From Burkholderiales bacterium (lineage in GTDB: Bacteria > Pseudomonadota > Gammaproteobacteria > Burkholderiales > Ga0077523), in NCBI GenBank assembly GCA_046347985.1, contig JAXMFE010000014.1, forward strand, positions 26,042 through 90,041: a DNA stretch of 64,000 nucleotides, given 5' to 3'. Position numbers and translations under genes: made by a program. The first letter of the stretch is position 1, and each line of letters starts with the position of its first letter. Positions 32,801 to 41,694 of the stretch are shown piece after piece. The notes under the pieces were generated by a model. That model saw nothing but the letters and a program-made list of their open reading frames with translations. It was not told the origin of the DNA and did no database searches.

Positions 32801-35543
32801 GGCGCTGCCGCTGCGGATCTACGAACGCGACGAGCCCCTGTTCGAAGCCGCCGGACTCGTCGCGAACGACGTCGTGGTCCTGCCGGACGGCGTGACGCTG
32901 GACGGCCTCACCGTCCGGCTCGGGCGGGCCGGTGCAGCGGAACTCGGTTTGTCGGCGGACGATCTTGCCCTGATGAGCAACGGCGCCGTGGGGATGGATC
33001 CGGAACCCAGCCCGTGGGACACCCTCGATCTCACGTGGGGCGGCGGGGACGGCGTGCGCCTGTTCATGGGCGATTGGTCCCGACCCGTCGATCAAGCCGA
33101 CCCGGCCGCCGGCAACTTCCTCCTCGAGTACGCCACGCTCGGCGGACTGGGCGCAGGCGTCGAGCGCATCGAGTTCAGCGATGCCACGAGCGTGGGCGTC
33201 GGCGACCTGCGGCGGCAGGCCCTGCATGCGCTGCCGGGGCTCGATGTCGCACGCGGACAGGGCGTCGTGACCGTCGATGCGCACGGACCTCTCGAGGCGC
33301 TCCGGTTCGCCGAGGGCATCCGACCTTGGGACGTCGAGGCTCGGGCAGCGGGTGCCGACCTCCGTCTGCAGGTGCGTGGGTCCGACGACACGGTGACGGT
33401 CGTCGGGTGGTTCGGACCGGTCGAGCCGACGATCCGCCGGTTCGCGTTCGCCGATGGAGGCGAGTGGCTCGCGCGGGATCTGGCGTCCTCGGTCCTGATG
33501 GGCGCAGGAAGCGCGGATGACGACCGGGTGGTGGGGCACGCGCGCTACGGGGCGACACTGGACGCAGCGGATGGCGACGACGTGATCGTCTCGTATCAGG
33601 GCAACGACGCCGTCGACGGCAATGCCGGTGACGACTGGATCGACGTCGGCGGGGGGGACGACGAACTGGTCGATCGTGCCGGGAACAACATCCTCCGCGC
33701 CGGGACGGGCGACGACCGGGCCGTGATCGGCGGGCAGCACGCGGTCTTCGATGGCGGCGACGGAAGCGACTGGATTCGACTGGGCGCCGCGTCGGTGCTG
33801 GTGGATGGGGGGCGCGGGAACGACACGGTGACGGGGCACGCCGGCTCGCTCATGCTCCGCATGCGAAGCGACGGGGGCGTAGACCGGTTCGACGCGGACA
33901 CGGACGTTCTGACGCTCCTCACGGATCGGCATCTCGACGTCTCCGCGCTGGTCTTCGAGATCGACGGTCGCGATCTCCTGATCCGCCTTGGCGCCGATGC
34001 GTCCGTCCGGGTCGTGAACGGTGGGGCGAGCGAAAGATTCGGACGCCTGAGACTGCAGACGGTGTCCGACCGCATCCGGCTCTACGATCTCGGCGAGGCG
34101 CTGGCCGACTTGCGGTGGGCACGTTCGGCATCGCCCGGTCTGACGACGCTTGCCGTCCCCCGCGAGCGATGGGGAACGCCGATCGTGGACGCCGTCGATA
34201 CGGCGGTCGGCGGCGACTGGGCCGTCGCCGCGTTTCCCGAGGCAGGTACGCTTGCCCCGGGCGGGCACTGGCTCGAGACCGTGGTCGATCCGGCATTCGG
34301 AAGTCCCGGGCAGACCGTGACGCAGCGCTGGCGCAATGCCGCGCCCGTGGTGAGCCATCCGATCGCGGATCAACGCCTCCAGGAAGGCGAGACCTCGACG
34401 CTGGTCCTGTCGCCGGATCTGTTTCGGGATGCCGACGCAGGCGACTCGGCGACCCTGTCGGCATCGCTCGGCGACGGTTCCGCGTTGCCGTCGTGGATCC
34501 GGTTCGACCCGGCCCGCGGCATCTTCGAGTTCTCACCCGGCGCCGCCGACGTCGGCACGCGGTCGCTGCGGCTCACGTCCACGGACAGCGAAGGCGAATC
34601 TGCGTCCACGACATTCGACGTCGACGTGGAGGCGGTGGCCGGACCGGTCAACTGGTTCGGCTCGACCGGGGACGACGAGATTCTGGTGCGGCCCGGCACC
34701 TACGACGTCAGTGCCGGTGCAGGCAACGATGCGATCGTCGGTCCGGCGACGTCGGCGATCCTGCGCGGGGAGAGTGGCGACGATCTGCTGATCGGTCAGT
34801 CGAAGGAGGACACGCTGTTCGGCGGTCCGGGCGCAGACATCCTTCAAGGCGGCGCGGGGCACGACGCGCTCCGCGGGGACGGCGGCCACAACCTCCTCAT
34901 CGGCGATGCCGGCAACGACTGGCTGTTCGGGCAGGACGAACAGGATTTCATCGCGGGCGGCGCGGGGGACGATGATCTTCGGGTCGTGGACGGCCGATAC
35001 GTCGTGGCCCTGAATCGCGGCGACGGCGCAGACCGGCTCACCACGTTCGGGCGGGCGGAGACCGTGCTCTCCCTCGGTGGTGGAATCCGTGCATCGGATC
35101 TCGCGCTGGCGCGCGACGGTGACGACCTGACGCTCGATGCGGGCGCCGGCGACAGCGTGACGCTCGTCGGGTGGTACTCGATGTTCGCCCGACAGAGCGT
35201 TTCGGTCCTGCAGATGATCGACGCGGGGGACGGGTCGGGCGATGCCGAGGTGATGCATCGGGACTTCCGCGCGCTGACGAGCGCCTTCGACGCGGCGCGC
35301 ACGGCCGCGCCCGGCTTGTCGCGATGGGCCTTGGCCGATGCGGTGGCCGGTTTCGACGCAAGCGTCACCGATGACGGCGCGGCCTTCGGCGGCGACCTTG
35401 CCGTGGCCTACGCCGGCGGCGGGTTCTCGGGTGTCAACGTCGCCCGCGCCTTCGAAATCCTCCAGTCGGACGACTTCGCGGCCGCGCCCCAGACGCTGCG
35501 GGATCCGGCGTGGTTGAAGTCGCCGCTGTCGCGAACCCTGTAG
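26889..35543 (+). CDS. Giant RTX calcium-binding protein with an N-terminal alpha/beta-hydrolase (lipase-like) domain and a cadherin-like domain
   Basis: 2884 aa. Nucleophile elbow TLTGYS191LGGH. There are at least 8 blocks of GGxGxDxUx nonapeptides (for example GGNDDRLYGRGGNDVLHG ... GGAGSDWLYGGDDNDRLTGG). About 5 modules look like DLxLxxxGxxDxVTVxGWF (HCBP-related-like). One He_PIG/dystroglycan-type cadherin-like domain is present (NAAPVVSHPIADQRLQEGETS ... LPSWIRFDPARGIFEFSPGAADVG). Confidence 0.9.
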   Translation: MSEVEEFSGAALRALEAQLSADSYLVDGSGVPVQDLRAALRSGNNNLAPSVLVDGVPTQNELLISIPTASPDSPILPGATRFPVSRADQFGASSGYSVVTQTLNDATGLSITVLRSNADPGAYTVAFRSSEFQTQRNGGDRERDIYGADIDMLEHGFAWGQLAAADRWLTQARAPGGLLADAQSVTLTGYSLGGHIATVMTELHAEDIASTWVFNGAGRGAVAPGYTIRELLDAYTALVADPDARIPWLIAPRPSDPISEAMLLAARRESGNPLSDGRATLYESARHRWANAVLGPYASGLVLSSSIIDDAIDPVADAKTYYVYGMATHHDDTMTALTGIAPTANRIRVFIEDQPLYFGLQLGVFSSAAEKLNSDFMRTHSITLLADSLALSRIFARVDEALTQDGIDTIFAIASNQISRADFNASAASVEANSLENALDALRWALLPESALVGKRTTDWDPSPDGFGNLDNRNRFYDRINELGLQLDRTAGTHYTITPLATMTWKGDTGFSGFFTRQTVAYVIGRPLSPAVLAMRAKEDSYVGEAYRTALENLAPFALVADRAIYDPAKVALDRFSEQYLKDRALFLSKRLEMNLDNKTAPGGAGVIPVFLEDRASGTRIDWIRKEPDRRGTDNPIHVKFGLDDNPALETIDGGGNDDRLYGRGGNDVLHGFALNDHLEGNEGDDELWGGSGRDALLGGRGDDVLHGESGNDDLDGGAGSDWLYGGDDNDRLTGGNDDDRLFGGRGFDTYVVGFGNDTIVDDGDGGTIRTVAGTSVSGAFEKRGESYVLQTNGSVTARLEGTSLWVFLGPLGSVRIDGFRSGDLGITLVDVPAKGAMARGYVGDFVPVPAGDVGWLRDEWGNVVVSTVAEDGRRDEYLGSPSDDSIFTYFGRDVVSESWGGDDVISLGFDDDSGSGGSGNDTVSGDAGWDAVVGGDGDDRLFGDHERSVADAIAAGVLADPRFAEADWLDGETGNDVIDGADGDDLLFGGLGDDILVGGTGNDLILADQTMAPSLSVLDWAATDRHPGWHWEPQVADPFTVRVSEADRHQHSDSTVIYAGGAGNDVVHAGSGNDFVAAGGGSDIVVGGDGADVIAGNDGDDTLQGNAGDDRITGDSGTSRIEDHIVVAGNDVLEGGSGNDWLQGEGGDDYLDGGTGNDVLFGDGDSVDGGAQGDDTLVGGDGDDRLVADGGRDLLQGGDGRDVLEGGTGDDVLLGGDGDDRLGGGDGDDLLDGGKGADLLRGGAGNDTYLVDDRDRVEDDEGENTIRFANGVTPDAVGMTVQNRGGVVYAQISTGSAVLVEWKVRALPGQASAAASPVPLPTSSFVLEFEDDSRYDSAEMLGRWWGDAATLTGTHGDDNLAGYGGDDDLRGLAGDDILHGYGGNDRLAGGFGADTLVGGAGDDVIDGGGGGDTYVFSLGDGHDVVTSGPGDVLVLGAGVAPENLQLVRQPDGDLRIDLPMWGDSIRFRNAFGAAGQVLPRIEFVDGGVVSRAELLDLPVAPIEGTAGNDHLTGGAEAEMLLGLAGDDALDGGPGNDTLVGGPGADSYAMSLRMGFDTVQEEAGTGGVVRLGAGLSWDALVPERDGADLILRVAGTGGESRQGLRIVGAGASASGWLVAGDGTQTRSMAEVVASFESGLSSDPDFVLKRDFRFAFVHAHDALARSEGLVHRDDFDYASPAYDAQFVQSRVVTVTHRLDAEENVVASESHDRTPWADVSPTLLHRDLRSLVYLDVDATGPDPIIVGDRGVETSEWSETAGLARTTGAERRVDVSTETIRILADPADVPPGEPVRERSYDVTFERDVRFVETAGSDVPVQVVQRTITVPVVRGDDDDNRIRYRARAIIDGGDGNDVIEPTADWFERFDDLPTRNGVLVDAGAGDDRVQGQSLEDVLLGGTGSDQLRAGGGRDLLIGGDGSDKMDGGAGADRYLLRAGEHGIDIVTDVSADLVVAETTAQALLEHWYANEHAGEALPLRIYERDEPLFEAAGLVANDVVVLPDGVTLDGLTVRLGRAGAAELGLSADDLALMSNGAVGMDPEPSPWDTLDLTWGGGDGVRLFMGDWSRPVDQADPAAGNFLLEYATLGGLGAGVERIEFSDATSVGVGDLRRQALHALPGLDVARGQGVVTVDAHGPLEALRFAEGIRPWDVEARAAGADLRLQVRGSDDTVTVVGWFGPVEPTIRRFAFADGGEWLARDLASSVLMGAGSADDDRVVGHARYGATLDAADGDDVIVSYQGNDAVDGNAGDDWIDVGGGDDELVDRAGNNILRAGTGDDRAVIGGQHAVFDGGDGSDWIRLGAASVLVDGGRGNDTVTGHAGSLMLRMRSDGGVDRFDADTDVLTLLTDRHLDVSALVFEIDGRDLLIRLGADASVRVVNGGASERFGRLRLQTVSDRIRLYDLGEALADLRWARSASPGLTTLAVPRERWGTPIVDAVDTAVGGDWAVAAFPEAGTLAPGGHWLETVVDPAFGSPGQTVTQRWRNAAPVVSHPIADQRLQEGETSTLVLSPDLFRDADAGDSATLSASLGDGSALPSWIRFDPARGIFEFSPGAADVGTRSLRLTSTDSEGESASTTFDVDVEAVAGPVNWFGSTGDDEILVRPGTYDVSAGAGNDAIVGPATSAILRGESGDDLLIGQSKEDTLFGGPGADILQGGAGHDALRGDGGHNLLIGDAGNDWLFGQDEQDFIAGGAGDDDLRVVDGRYVVALNRGDGADRLTTFGRAETVLSLGGGIRASDLALARDGDDLTLDAGAGDSVTLVGWYSMFARQSVSVLQMIDAGDGSGDAEVMHRDFRALTSAFDAARTAAPGLSRWALADAVAGFDASVTDDGAAFGGDLAVAYAGGGFSGVNVARAFEILQSDDFAAAPQTLRDPAWLKSPLSRTL

Positions 35544-35552
35544 CGCGGCGCG

Positions 35553-36164
35553 CTACGCCCCGCTGCCGCGTTTCAACTCCATCAGCGGCACCGCCCCTTC
35601 CGCCTCGAACCGCCTGCGGTCGGGTTCCATCTCGGTGAGCGGTGCCACCTCCCGCATCGTCGTCATGCTCCGGACGGCGAGCTTCTGATAGCCGCGGGTG
35701 CCGTCGGACTTCCACGCGATCTCGGCATCGGTGAGTTCGCGCATCACCTTCGCCGGGACACCGCCCGCCAGACTCCGCGCCGGGATGATCATGCCCGCCT
35801 TCACGAAGGCGCTGGCGGCGACGATGCTCGCTTCGCCGACGACGGCGTTGTCCATGATCACGGCGTTCATGCCGATCAGCGCGTTGCGGCCGATGCGGCA
35901 GCCGTGGAGCACGGCGCCGTGCCCGATGTGGCCGTCGACTTCCACGATCGTGTCGGTGCCGGGAAAGCCGTGCATCACGCAGGTGTCCTGCAGGTTCGAG
36001 CCTTCCTCGAGGATCAACCGGCCGAAGTCGCCGCGCAGGCTGGCCAGCGGCGCGATGTAGCAGCGCGGACCGACGATGACGTCGCCGATCAGCACGGCGG
36101 TGGGGTGGACGAAGGCGGTGGGATGGATGACGGGGCGGACGCCGTCGAGTTCGTAGCAGGGCAT
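35553..36164 (-). CDS. Gamma-carbonic-anhydrase-like/PaaY-CaiE-type hexapeptide-repeat protein
   Basis: [32 protein letters not shown] ... left-handed beta-helix hexapeptide repeats with His ligands (MHGFPG ... [10 protein letters not shown]). The 203-aa length matches the PaaY type. Confidence 0.8.
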   Translation of the reverse strand: MPCYELDGVRPVIHPTAFVHPTAVLIGDVIVGPRCYIAPLASLRGDFGRLILEEGSNLQDTCVMHGFPGTDTIVEVDGHIGHGAVLHGCRIGRNALIGMNAVIMDNAVVGEASIVAASAFVKAGMIIPARSLAGGVPAKVMRELTDAEIAWKSDGTRGYQKLAVRSMTTMREVAPLTEMEPDRRRFEAEGAVPLMELKRGSGA

Positions 36165-36388
36165 GGCACGTCGCGAAGAGGGGGAGGGCCGATGTTACCC
36201 CGGGGCACGGCGGGTGCCCGGGTGTACCCTCCGCGGGCGCATTCCGCGGCGGTCGCGTCTCGGGAGCGCAGTCGAACGACGTGCCGGACAGGCGAGGCGC
36301 CGTGCGTCCCGGGATCGCGCAACGGCTCGCCCGGAATCCGCCGGCGTGCGGTGCCCGATCGCGGGGTACGGCGAGGCAGAGGGGAACG

Positions 36389-37192
36389 ATGCCAGCGTAC
36401 GGTAGACCGACGCAGAGTGTGGCGGTGGCGTGGGGGATTCGACGTCTGGCGTGGGTCGCGGCCGCCGTGGCGGGCATCGGCCTGCCGGGCATCGTGCGTG
36501 GAGACGCGTCGCGCCCCGGGGAAGTTCACCTCCGCTCGGACGAGCACTGGACATTCAAGCTGACGCCGTCGTACTACGCGACCTCGCACGAACCGGGCGC
36601 CGTCGACATCAACCTGCGAGCCAACCGCGGCGAGCACGCGTTGTGGATCGGCGAATACCGACGGTCGGGCGAGTTCCGGCAGACTCGCTCCGGGTACGAG
36701 TTCACGCTCGAATCGAAGGTGGGCAAGATCGTGCCGTCGCTGATGTTCGCCACGCGAGGATTCGTGGGCGGCGCGGTCAATGCGGAGATCGGCCGCGAGA
36801 CGTTCGGGATGCTGGGCCTCGGCCGTACCAACGCCCGGGACTTCTACAACCTGAATTTCGATCCGAACGATGCGTTCGTGCTCGGCGCGGGGCTGCGGCC
36901 CGACGACCACACGACGTGGTCCGTGTTCCGGGTCCAGGACAACCGCTTCCAGACCGGGCAGCGGATCACGCACGCGGTCTGGCGCCATGCGCCGGCGGAG
37001 GGCGGGCACCGCTGGACGGTCGACGCCTCCTACAAGCACGGTCGGCCGGCGGCCGGCGCCGATTTCGTCTCGGGCAAGGGACTGTCGGTCACGTACGACC
37101 GGGGTCACGCCTTCGTGCGTGCGGCCTGGGACGAAAAGGTCAACTACTCGCGGGACGACATGCTGCGTCTGTCCGTGGGCGTGCGCTTCTGA
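36389..37192 (+). CDS. Hypothetical outer-membrane beta-barrel protein
   Basis: Signal peptide (LAWVAAAVAGIGLPGIVRG), alternating amphipathic beta-strand pattern, and a terminal aromatic residue (...LSVGVRF). Confidence 0.55.
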   Translation: MPAYGRPTQSVAVAWGIRRLAWVAAAVAGIGLPGIVRGDASRPGEVHLRSDEHWTFKLTPSYYATSHEPGAVDINLRANRGEHALWIGEYRRSGEFRQTRSGYEFTLESKVGKIVPSLMFATRGFVGGAVNAEIGRETFGMLGLGRTNARDFYNLNFDPNDAFVLGAGLRPDDHTTWSVFRVQDNRFQTGQRITHAVWRHAPAEGGHRWTVDASYKHGRPAAGADFVSGKGLSVTYDRGHAFVRAAWDEKVNYSRDDMLRLSVGVRF

Positions 37193-37252
37193 GCGTCGGT
37201 GTCGGGGCGGAGGGACCCACGGAGGACCGGATCGCTGCCCCGCACAGGGACA

Positions 37253-38218
37253 TCAGAGCCAGCCGGCCCGCCGGAAGCGCCGATACAGGAACGCGCATGC
37301 GCCGGTGATCAGGAGCAGCGCCACGGGGTAGCCGTACTGCCATCGCAATTCCGGCATCACCTCGAAGTTCATGCCCCAGATGCCGGCGAAGGCCGTCGCG
37401 ACCGCGAAGATGCCGGCCCAGGCGGCCAGGCGCTTGGTGACTTCCGATTCCTCGATGGTGGCCATCGACAGGTTCACCTGGATGGCGGTCGAGATCGTCT
37501 CGCGCATGGTGTCCAGCGTGCCGTTGATGCGCGTCAGGTGGTCGTACACGTCGCGGAAGTAGTCGGTGGTGTCGCGGCACACCTGCGGCACGCGCCCGCT
37601 CGTGAGCTTGCCCACGCCTTCCAGCAGTGGTGCCACGGCGTGCCGCAGCACGGTGGTCTTGCGCTTGAGTTCGTAGAGCCGCTCGATGTTGCTGCGGGCG
37701 GTGCCGCGATCGAAGATGCGTTCCTCGATGGTCTCCAGTTCCGTCTCCAGCGCGTCCAGCAGCGGGAAGTAGCGGTCGACCACCGCATCCATGAGGGCGT
37801 AGAAGACGAAGCCGGATCCGTGGCTCAGCAGATGGGGCTCGCTCTCGCACCGCTGCCGCACGCCCAGGAAATCGTGGCGGCTGCGGTTGCGGACGGAGAG
37901 CACGAAATTCCGGCCGACGAAGATGTCGACCTCGCCCACGGTCAGCGCGCCGTCCTCGAGCTCCGGCATGTGGACGACCGTGAAGACGGTGTCGCCGTAC
38001 TCCTCGACCTTCGGCCGTTGATGACCGTGGCGGGCATCCTCCACGGCCAGCTCGTGCAGGCCGAACTCGTGCTGCATCTCGGTGAGTTCCGCGTCGGAGG
38101 CGTCCCGCAGCGCCACCCAGACGAAGCAGCCATCGCGCGCGAGGTAGTCCGAGATCTCGGACACGGGAAAATCCGCCAGCCGTCTTCCGTCCTGATAGGC
38201 GACACAGTTGATGAGCAT
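37253..38218 (-). CDS. corA: Magnesium/cobalt transporter CorA
   Basis: MLINCVAYQDG ... HELAVEDA ... two C-terminal TM helices with GIWGMNF (GMN motif). Start taken at MLINC; the track ORF is over-extended upstream. Confidence 0.92.
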   Translation of the reverse strand: MLINCVAYQDGRRLADFPVSEISDYLARDGCFVWVALRDASDAELTEMQHEFGLHELAVEDARHGHQRPKVEEYGDTVFTVVHMPELEDGALTVGEVDIFVGRNFVLSVRNRSRHDFLGVRQRCESEPHLLSHGSGFVFYALMDAVVDRYFPLLDALETELETIEERIFDRGTARSNIERLYELKRKTTVLRHAVAPLLEGVGKLTSGRVPQVCRDTTDYFRDVYDHLTRINGTLDTMRETISTAIQVNLSMATIEESEVTKRLAAWAGIFAVATAFAGIWGMNFEVMPELRWQYGYPVALLLITGACAFLYRRFRRAGWL

Positions 38219-38336
38219 GGGGGCTCCGGGCCAAGGGGCGACCCGCGATGGTGGCACAGAGGGCGTCCGCGGCGCGAGGCGCGAAGGTCGCGACGCAGCG
38301 GCGGGCGAGGCGACCGGCGCGCGGGATAATGCAACG

Positions 38337-39092
38337 ATGGTCGAGAGCCTCGGTGCAGACGGCGGAGCCGGTTCCCGTTCGGACAGGAGCGTGCCCCCGT
38401 TCGTCTCCTGCATTCTGCCGACGCGGGACCGCCCGGCCTTCGTCCCGGGCGCAATCCACGACTTCCTCCGCCAGACCTACGCGCACGCCGAACTCGTCGT
38501 CTTCGACAACGGCGAGACGCCGGTGGCGCCGCTGGTCCCGGCGCATCCGCGGATCCGGTACGTGCGACACGATCGTCGCGACCCCATCGGGGCGTTGCGG
38601 AACCTGGCCTGCGAGCAGGCGCGCGGGGAGTTCGTGGCGCATTGGGATGACGACGACTGGAGCGCGCCCTGGCGCCTCGAGTACCAGGTGGCCGGGATGC
38701 AGCGCGCGCACGCCGACATCGGCGGCATCCGTTCCGTCCTGTTCTGGGATTTCCTTGCGGATCGGGTCTGGCGCTACACGTATCCGGAGGACGACCGCCG
38801 GTGGGTGCTGGGTGGGTCGCTCCTGTATCGGCGCGAGTACTGGCGGCGGCATCCCTTTCCCGAGATTGCCGTCGGAGAGGACTCGCAGTTCGTCTGGAAC
38901 GCGGCGGACGCCGTGTTCGCGGTCCAGGCGGACGATCGCTTCTACGTGGCCACCGTCCACCCGGGCAACACAAGCCCCCGGAACACGGCGGGTGCCTGCT
39001 GGTCGCCGTGGTCGGGCGATCTGCGGTCGGTGATGGGAGGCGACGTCGAGCGCTATCGCGCCCTGGCGGCTACCCCAGCCCGAAGCGCCTGA
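38337..39092 (+). CDS. Family 2 glycosyltransferase
   Basis: FVSCILPTRDRPAFV ... LRQTYAHAELVVFDNG ... WDDDDW (DxD-type). The 3' end overlaps the mgtA 3' end by 23 nt (convergent). Confidence 0.8.
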   Translation: MVESLGADGGAGSRSDRSVPPFVSCILPTRDRPAFVPGAIHDFLRQTYAHAELVVFDNGETPVAPLVPAHPRIRYVRHDRRDPIGALRNLACEQARGEFVAHWDDDDWSAPWRLEYQVAGMQRAHADIGGIRSVLFWDFLADRVWRYTYPEDDRRWVLGGSLLYRREYWRRHPFPEIAVGEDSQFVWNAADAVFAVQADDRFYVATVHPGNTSPRNTAGACWSPWSGDLRSVMGGDVERYRALAATPARSA

Positions 39093-41694
39093 CGAGCCAT
39101 GCCTTCACCGTCTGCGTCAGGACGAGATAGCCGGCGAGGATCACCAGCAGCGCGAGCCAGTACCGGACGGGCAGCGGCTTGAAGCCCAGGAGTTCCGCGA
39201 AGGGCGAGTAGGGGAGCCACATCCCGAGCAGGCAGATGGCCACGGTGGTCACCAGGAGGGCGCCGCTCGCGCGGCTCTGCAGGAACGGGATCCGCCCGGT
39301 GCGGATCACGTGCACGACGAGTGTCTGCGACAGCAGCGATTCCACGAACCAGCCGGTCTGGAACAGCGCGGGATCGGTCCAGGCGCCGAAGACGTGGAGC
39401 AGCGTGAAGTAGGTGACGTAGTCGAAGATCGAACTGATCGGCCCGATCAGCAGCATGAAGCGCCCGATGTGTCCGATGTCCCAGCGGCGGGGAGAGCGCG
39501 TGTACTCGCGGTCGACCTGATCCGTCGCCACCGCCGTCTGCGAGATGTCGTAGAGGAGGTTGTTGAGCAGGATCTGCACGGGCGCCATCGGCAGGAAGGG
39601 CAGGAAGGCCGAGGCGCCGAGCACGCTCAGCATGTTGCCGAAGTTCGAGCTGGCGCCCATCTTGAGGTACTTCACGATGTTGCCGAAGACCTTGCGGCCC
39701 TCGATGACGCCCTCGTCGAGCACGAGCAGGTTCTTCTCGAGCAGCACGATGTCCGCGCTTTCCTTGGCGATGTCGACCGCGGTGTCGACGGACACGCCCA
39801 CGTCGGCGGCCTTCAGCGCGGGGCTGTCGTTGATGCCGTCGCCGAGGAAGCCGACGACGTGGCCCGACCGGCGCAGGGCCTCGATGATGCGGGCCTTCTG
39901 CAGCGGAGCAAGCTTCGCGAAGACGGTAGCGGTGCGCGCGGCCTTCGCGAGCTGCGCGTCGTCCATGGCCTCGATGTCGCGGCCGAGCAGGCAATGCGCG
40001 GTGGACAGGCCCACGTCGCGGCAGACCTTGCGGGTGACGACGTCGTTGTCGCCCGTCAGCACCTTGACGCTCACGCCGTGACGGTGCAGATGCCGGATGG
40101 CGTCGGCCGCCGAGTCCTTGGGCGGATCGAGGAACGCGATGTAGCCCGCCAGCGTCAGACCGGTCTCGTCCTCGACGGTGTAGGGGCCGGGACGTGCGGG
40201 CATCGACTTCGTCGCCACGGCAATGACGCGGAAGCCGTCCTCGTTGAGGTCGCGCACGACGGCCTGCAGGTCTTCGAGATGGCCCGGCACGAGATCCACG
40301 AGGTCGCCGCCGCGTTCGGCATGCGCGCAGACGCTGAAGATCTCCTCGACGGCACCCTTGCAGACGAGCACGTGCGTGTCGCTTTCCTTCGACACGACCA
40401 CGGACATGCGGCGGCGCTGGAAGTCGAAGGGGATCTCGTCGACCTTGGTGAAGCGGCGGCCGACGCCCAGCGCCTCGTGCACGTCGCCGTGTTCGAGGAT
40501 GGCGACGTCCAGCAGGTTGCGGAGGCCCGACTGATAGTGGCTGTTGAGGTACGCGTAGTCGAGCACGCGCGCGCTCTCCTGGCCGAAGATGTCGATGTGA
40601 CGTTTCAGGAGGACGCGGTCCTGCGTGAGCGTGCCGGTCTTGTCGGTGCACAGGATGTCCATCGCGCCGAAGTTCTGGATGGACGCGAGCCGCTTCACGA
40701 TGACCTGCTTGCGCGACATCGCGAGCGCGCCCTTGCCGAGGTTGATGGTCACGAGCATCGGCAGCATCTCGGGCGTGAGGCCCACTGCGACCGCCACCGC
40801 GAACAGGAACGCTTCGGTCCAGTGACCTTTCGTCAGACCGTTCACGAAGAAGACCAGGGGCACCATCACGACCATGAAGCGCAGCAGCAGGCCGATGAAG
40901 CGATTCACGCCCTGGTCGAAGCTCGTCTGCGGCTGGGCGCGATCGAGGCCCTCGGCGATGGACGCGAAGTACGTGCGCCCCCCGGTCGCAGCCACGACGG
41001 CCGTGGCGGTTCCGCTGATGACGTTGCTGCCCATGAAGCAGAGGGTCGCTTCCTCCAGCGGCGAGTCGACGGGCGCATCCGGCGCCGTGGCGTGCTTCTC
41101 CGCGGGCAGCGATTCACCGGTGAGCGCGGCCTGGTTGACGAACAGATCCTTCGAGGCGAGCAGCCGCAGGTCCGCCGGAATCATGTCGCCGGCCCGCAAC
41201 TGCACGATGTCGCCGGGCACCAGCTCGTGGATCGGGATCTCGCATTCGGGCGTCGGTGCCTCGGGCGGCTCGGTGCCGGACCGCCGCCGGACGGTTGCGG
41301 TCGTGTGCACCATCGCCCTCAGCTTCTCGGCCGCGCGGTCGGCGCGGTGTTCCTGCACGAACGAGAGCAGGGTGGACAGCACGACCATGATCGCAATGAC
41401 GATGGCGCCGCCGGCTTCGCCGGTGAGGTCGGCGACGACGGCAAGGACGATGAGCAGCAGCGGCAGCGGCGTCGCGAACATCGCGGCGAGCCGCAGGAGC
41501 GGCGATCGACGCGAGCGGCGCGCGACGACGTTCTCGCCCTCACGCTGCAGCCGTTCGAGGGCTTGCGCGTTCGTCAGCCCGGTCGGCGAGGCGTCGAGGC
41601 GGACGAGCGCCCCGGCCGGTTCGAGGCGGGCGAGATCGGCGGCCGCGACGGTCGGCGTGTCGGGGTGGCGAGGCGGGAACGCGGGGGAGGCCAT
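39070..41694 (-). CDS. mgtA: Magnesium-translocating P-type ATPase
   Basis: LTGESLP, CTDKTGTLTQD (phosphorylation site), KGAVEE, MLTGDN (VKVLTGDN), GDGINDSPALKAADVGVSV, 10 TM pattern. Start at MASPAF (41694) or MSCAV (41733). The 1459-aa track ORF continues antisense through rhlE and is not real. Confidence 0.92.
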   Translation of the reverse strand: MASPAFPPRHPDTPTVAAADLARLEPAGALVRLDASPTGLTNAQALERLQREGENVVARRSRRSPLLRLAAMFATPLPLLLIVLAVVADLTGEAGGAIVIAIMVVLSTLLSFVQEHRADRAAEKLRAMVHTTATVRRRSGTEPPEAPTPECEIPIHELVPGDIVQLRAGDMIPADLRLLASKDLFVNQAALTGESLPAEKHATAPDAPVDSPLEEATLCFMGSNVISGTATAVVAATGGRTYFASIAEGLDRAQPQTSFDQGVNRFIGLLLRFMVVMVPLVFFVNGLTKGHWTEAFLFAVAVAVGLTPEMLPMLVTINLGKGALAMSRKQVIVKRLASIQNFGAMDILCTDKTGTLTQDRVLLKRHIDIFGQESARVLDYAYLNSHYQSGLRNLLDVAILEHGDVHEALGVGRRFTKVDEIPFDFQRRRMSVVVSKESDTHVLVCKGAVEEIFSVCAHAERGGDLVDLVPGHLEDLQAVVRDLNEDGFRVIAVATKSMPARPGPYTVEDETGLTLAGYIAFLDPPKDSAADAIRHLHRHGVSVKVLTGDNDVVTRKVCRDVGLSTAHCLLGRDIEAMDDAQLAKAARTATVFAKLAPLQKARIIEALRRSGHVVGFLGDGINDSPALKAADVGVSVDTAVDIAKESADIVLLEKNLLVLDEGVIEGRKVFGNIVKYLKMGASSNFGNMLSVLGASAFLPFLPMAPVQILLNNLLYDISQTAVATDQVDREYTRSPRRWDIGHIGRFMLLIGPISSIFDYVTYFTLLHVFGAWTDPALFQTGWFVESLLSQTLVVHVIRTGRIPFLQSRASGALLVTTVAICLLGMWLPYSPFAELLGFKPLPVRYWLALLVILAGYLVLTQTVKAWLVRRFGLG

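Noticed and set aside
28722-34373. 1883-aa ORF antisense to the RTX gene
   Set aside because: It is the reverse complement of GGC/GAC-rich RTX repeats. It is stop-free only because of composition, its product is low-complexity (R/V/A/D-rich) with no motifs, and the sense frame has clear RTX and hydrolase domains.
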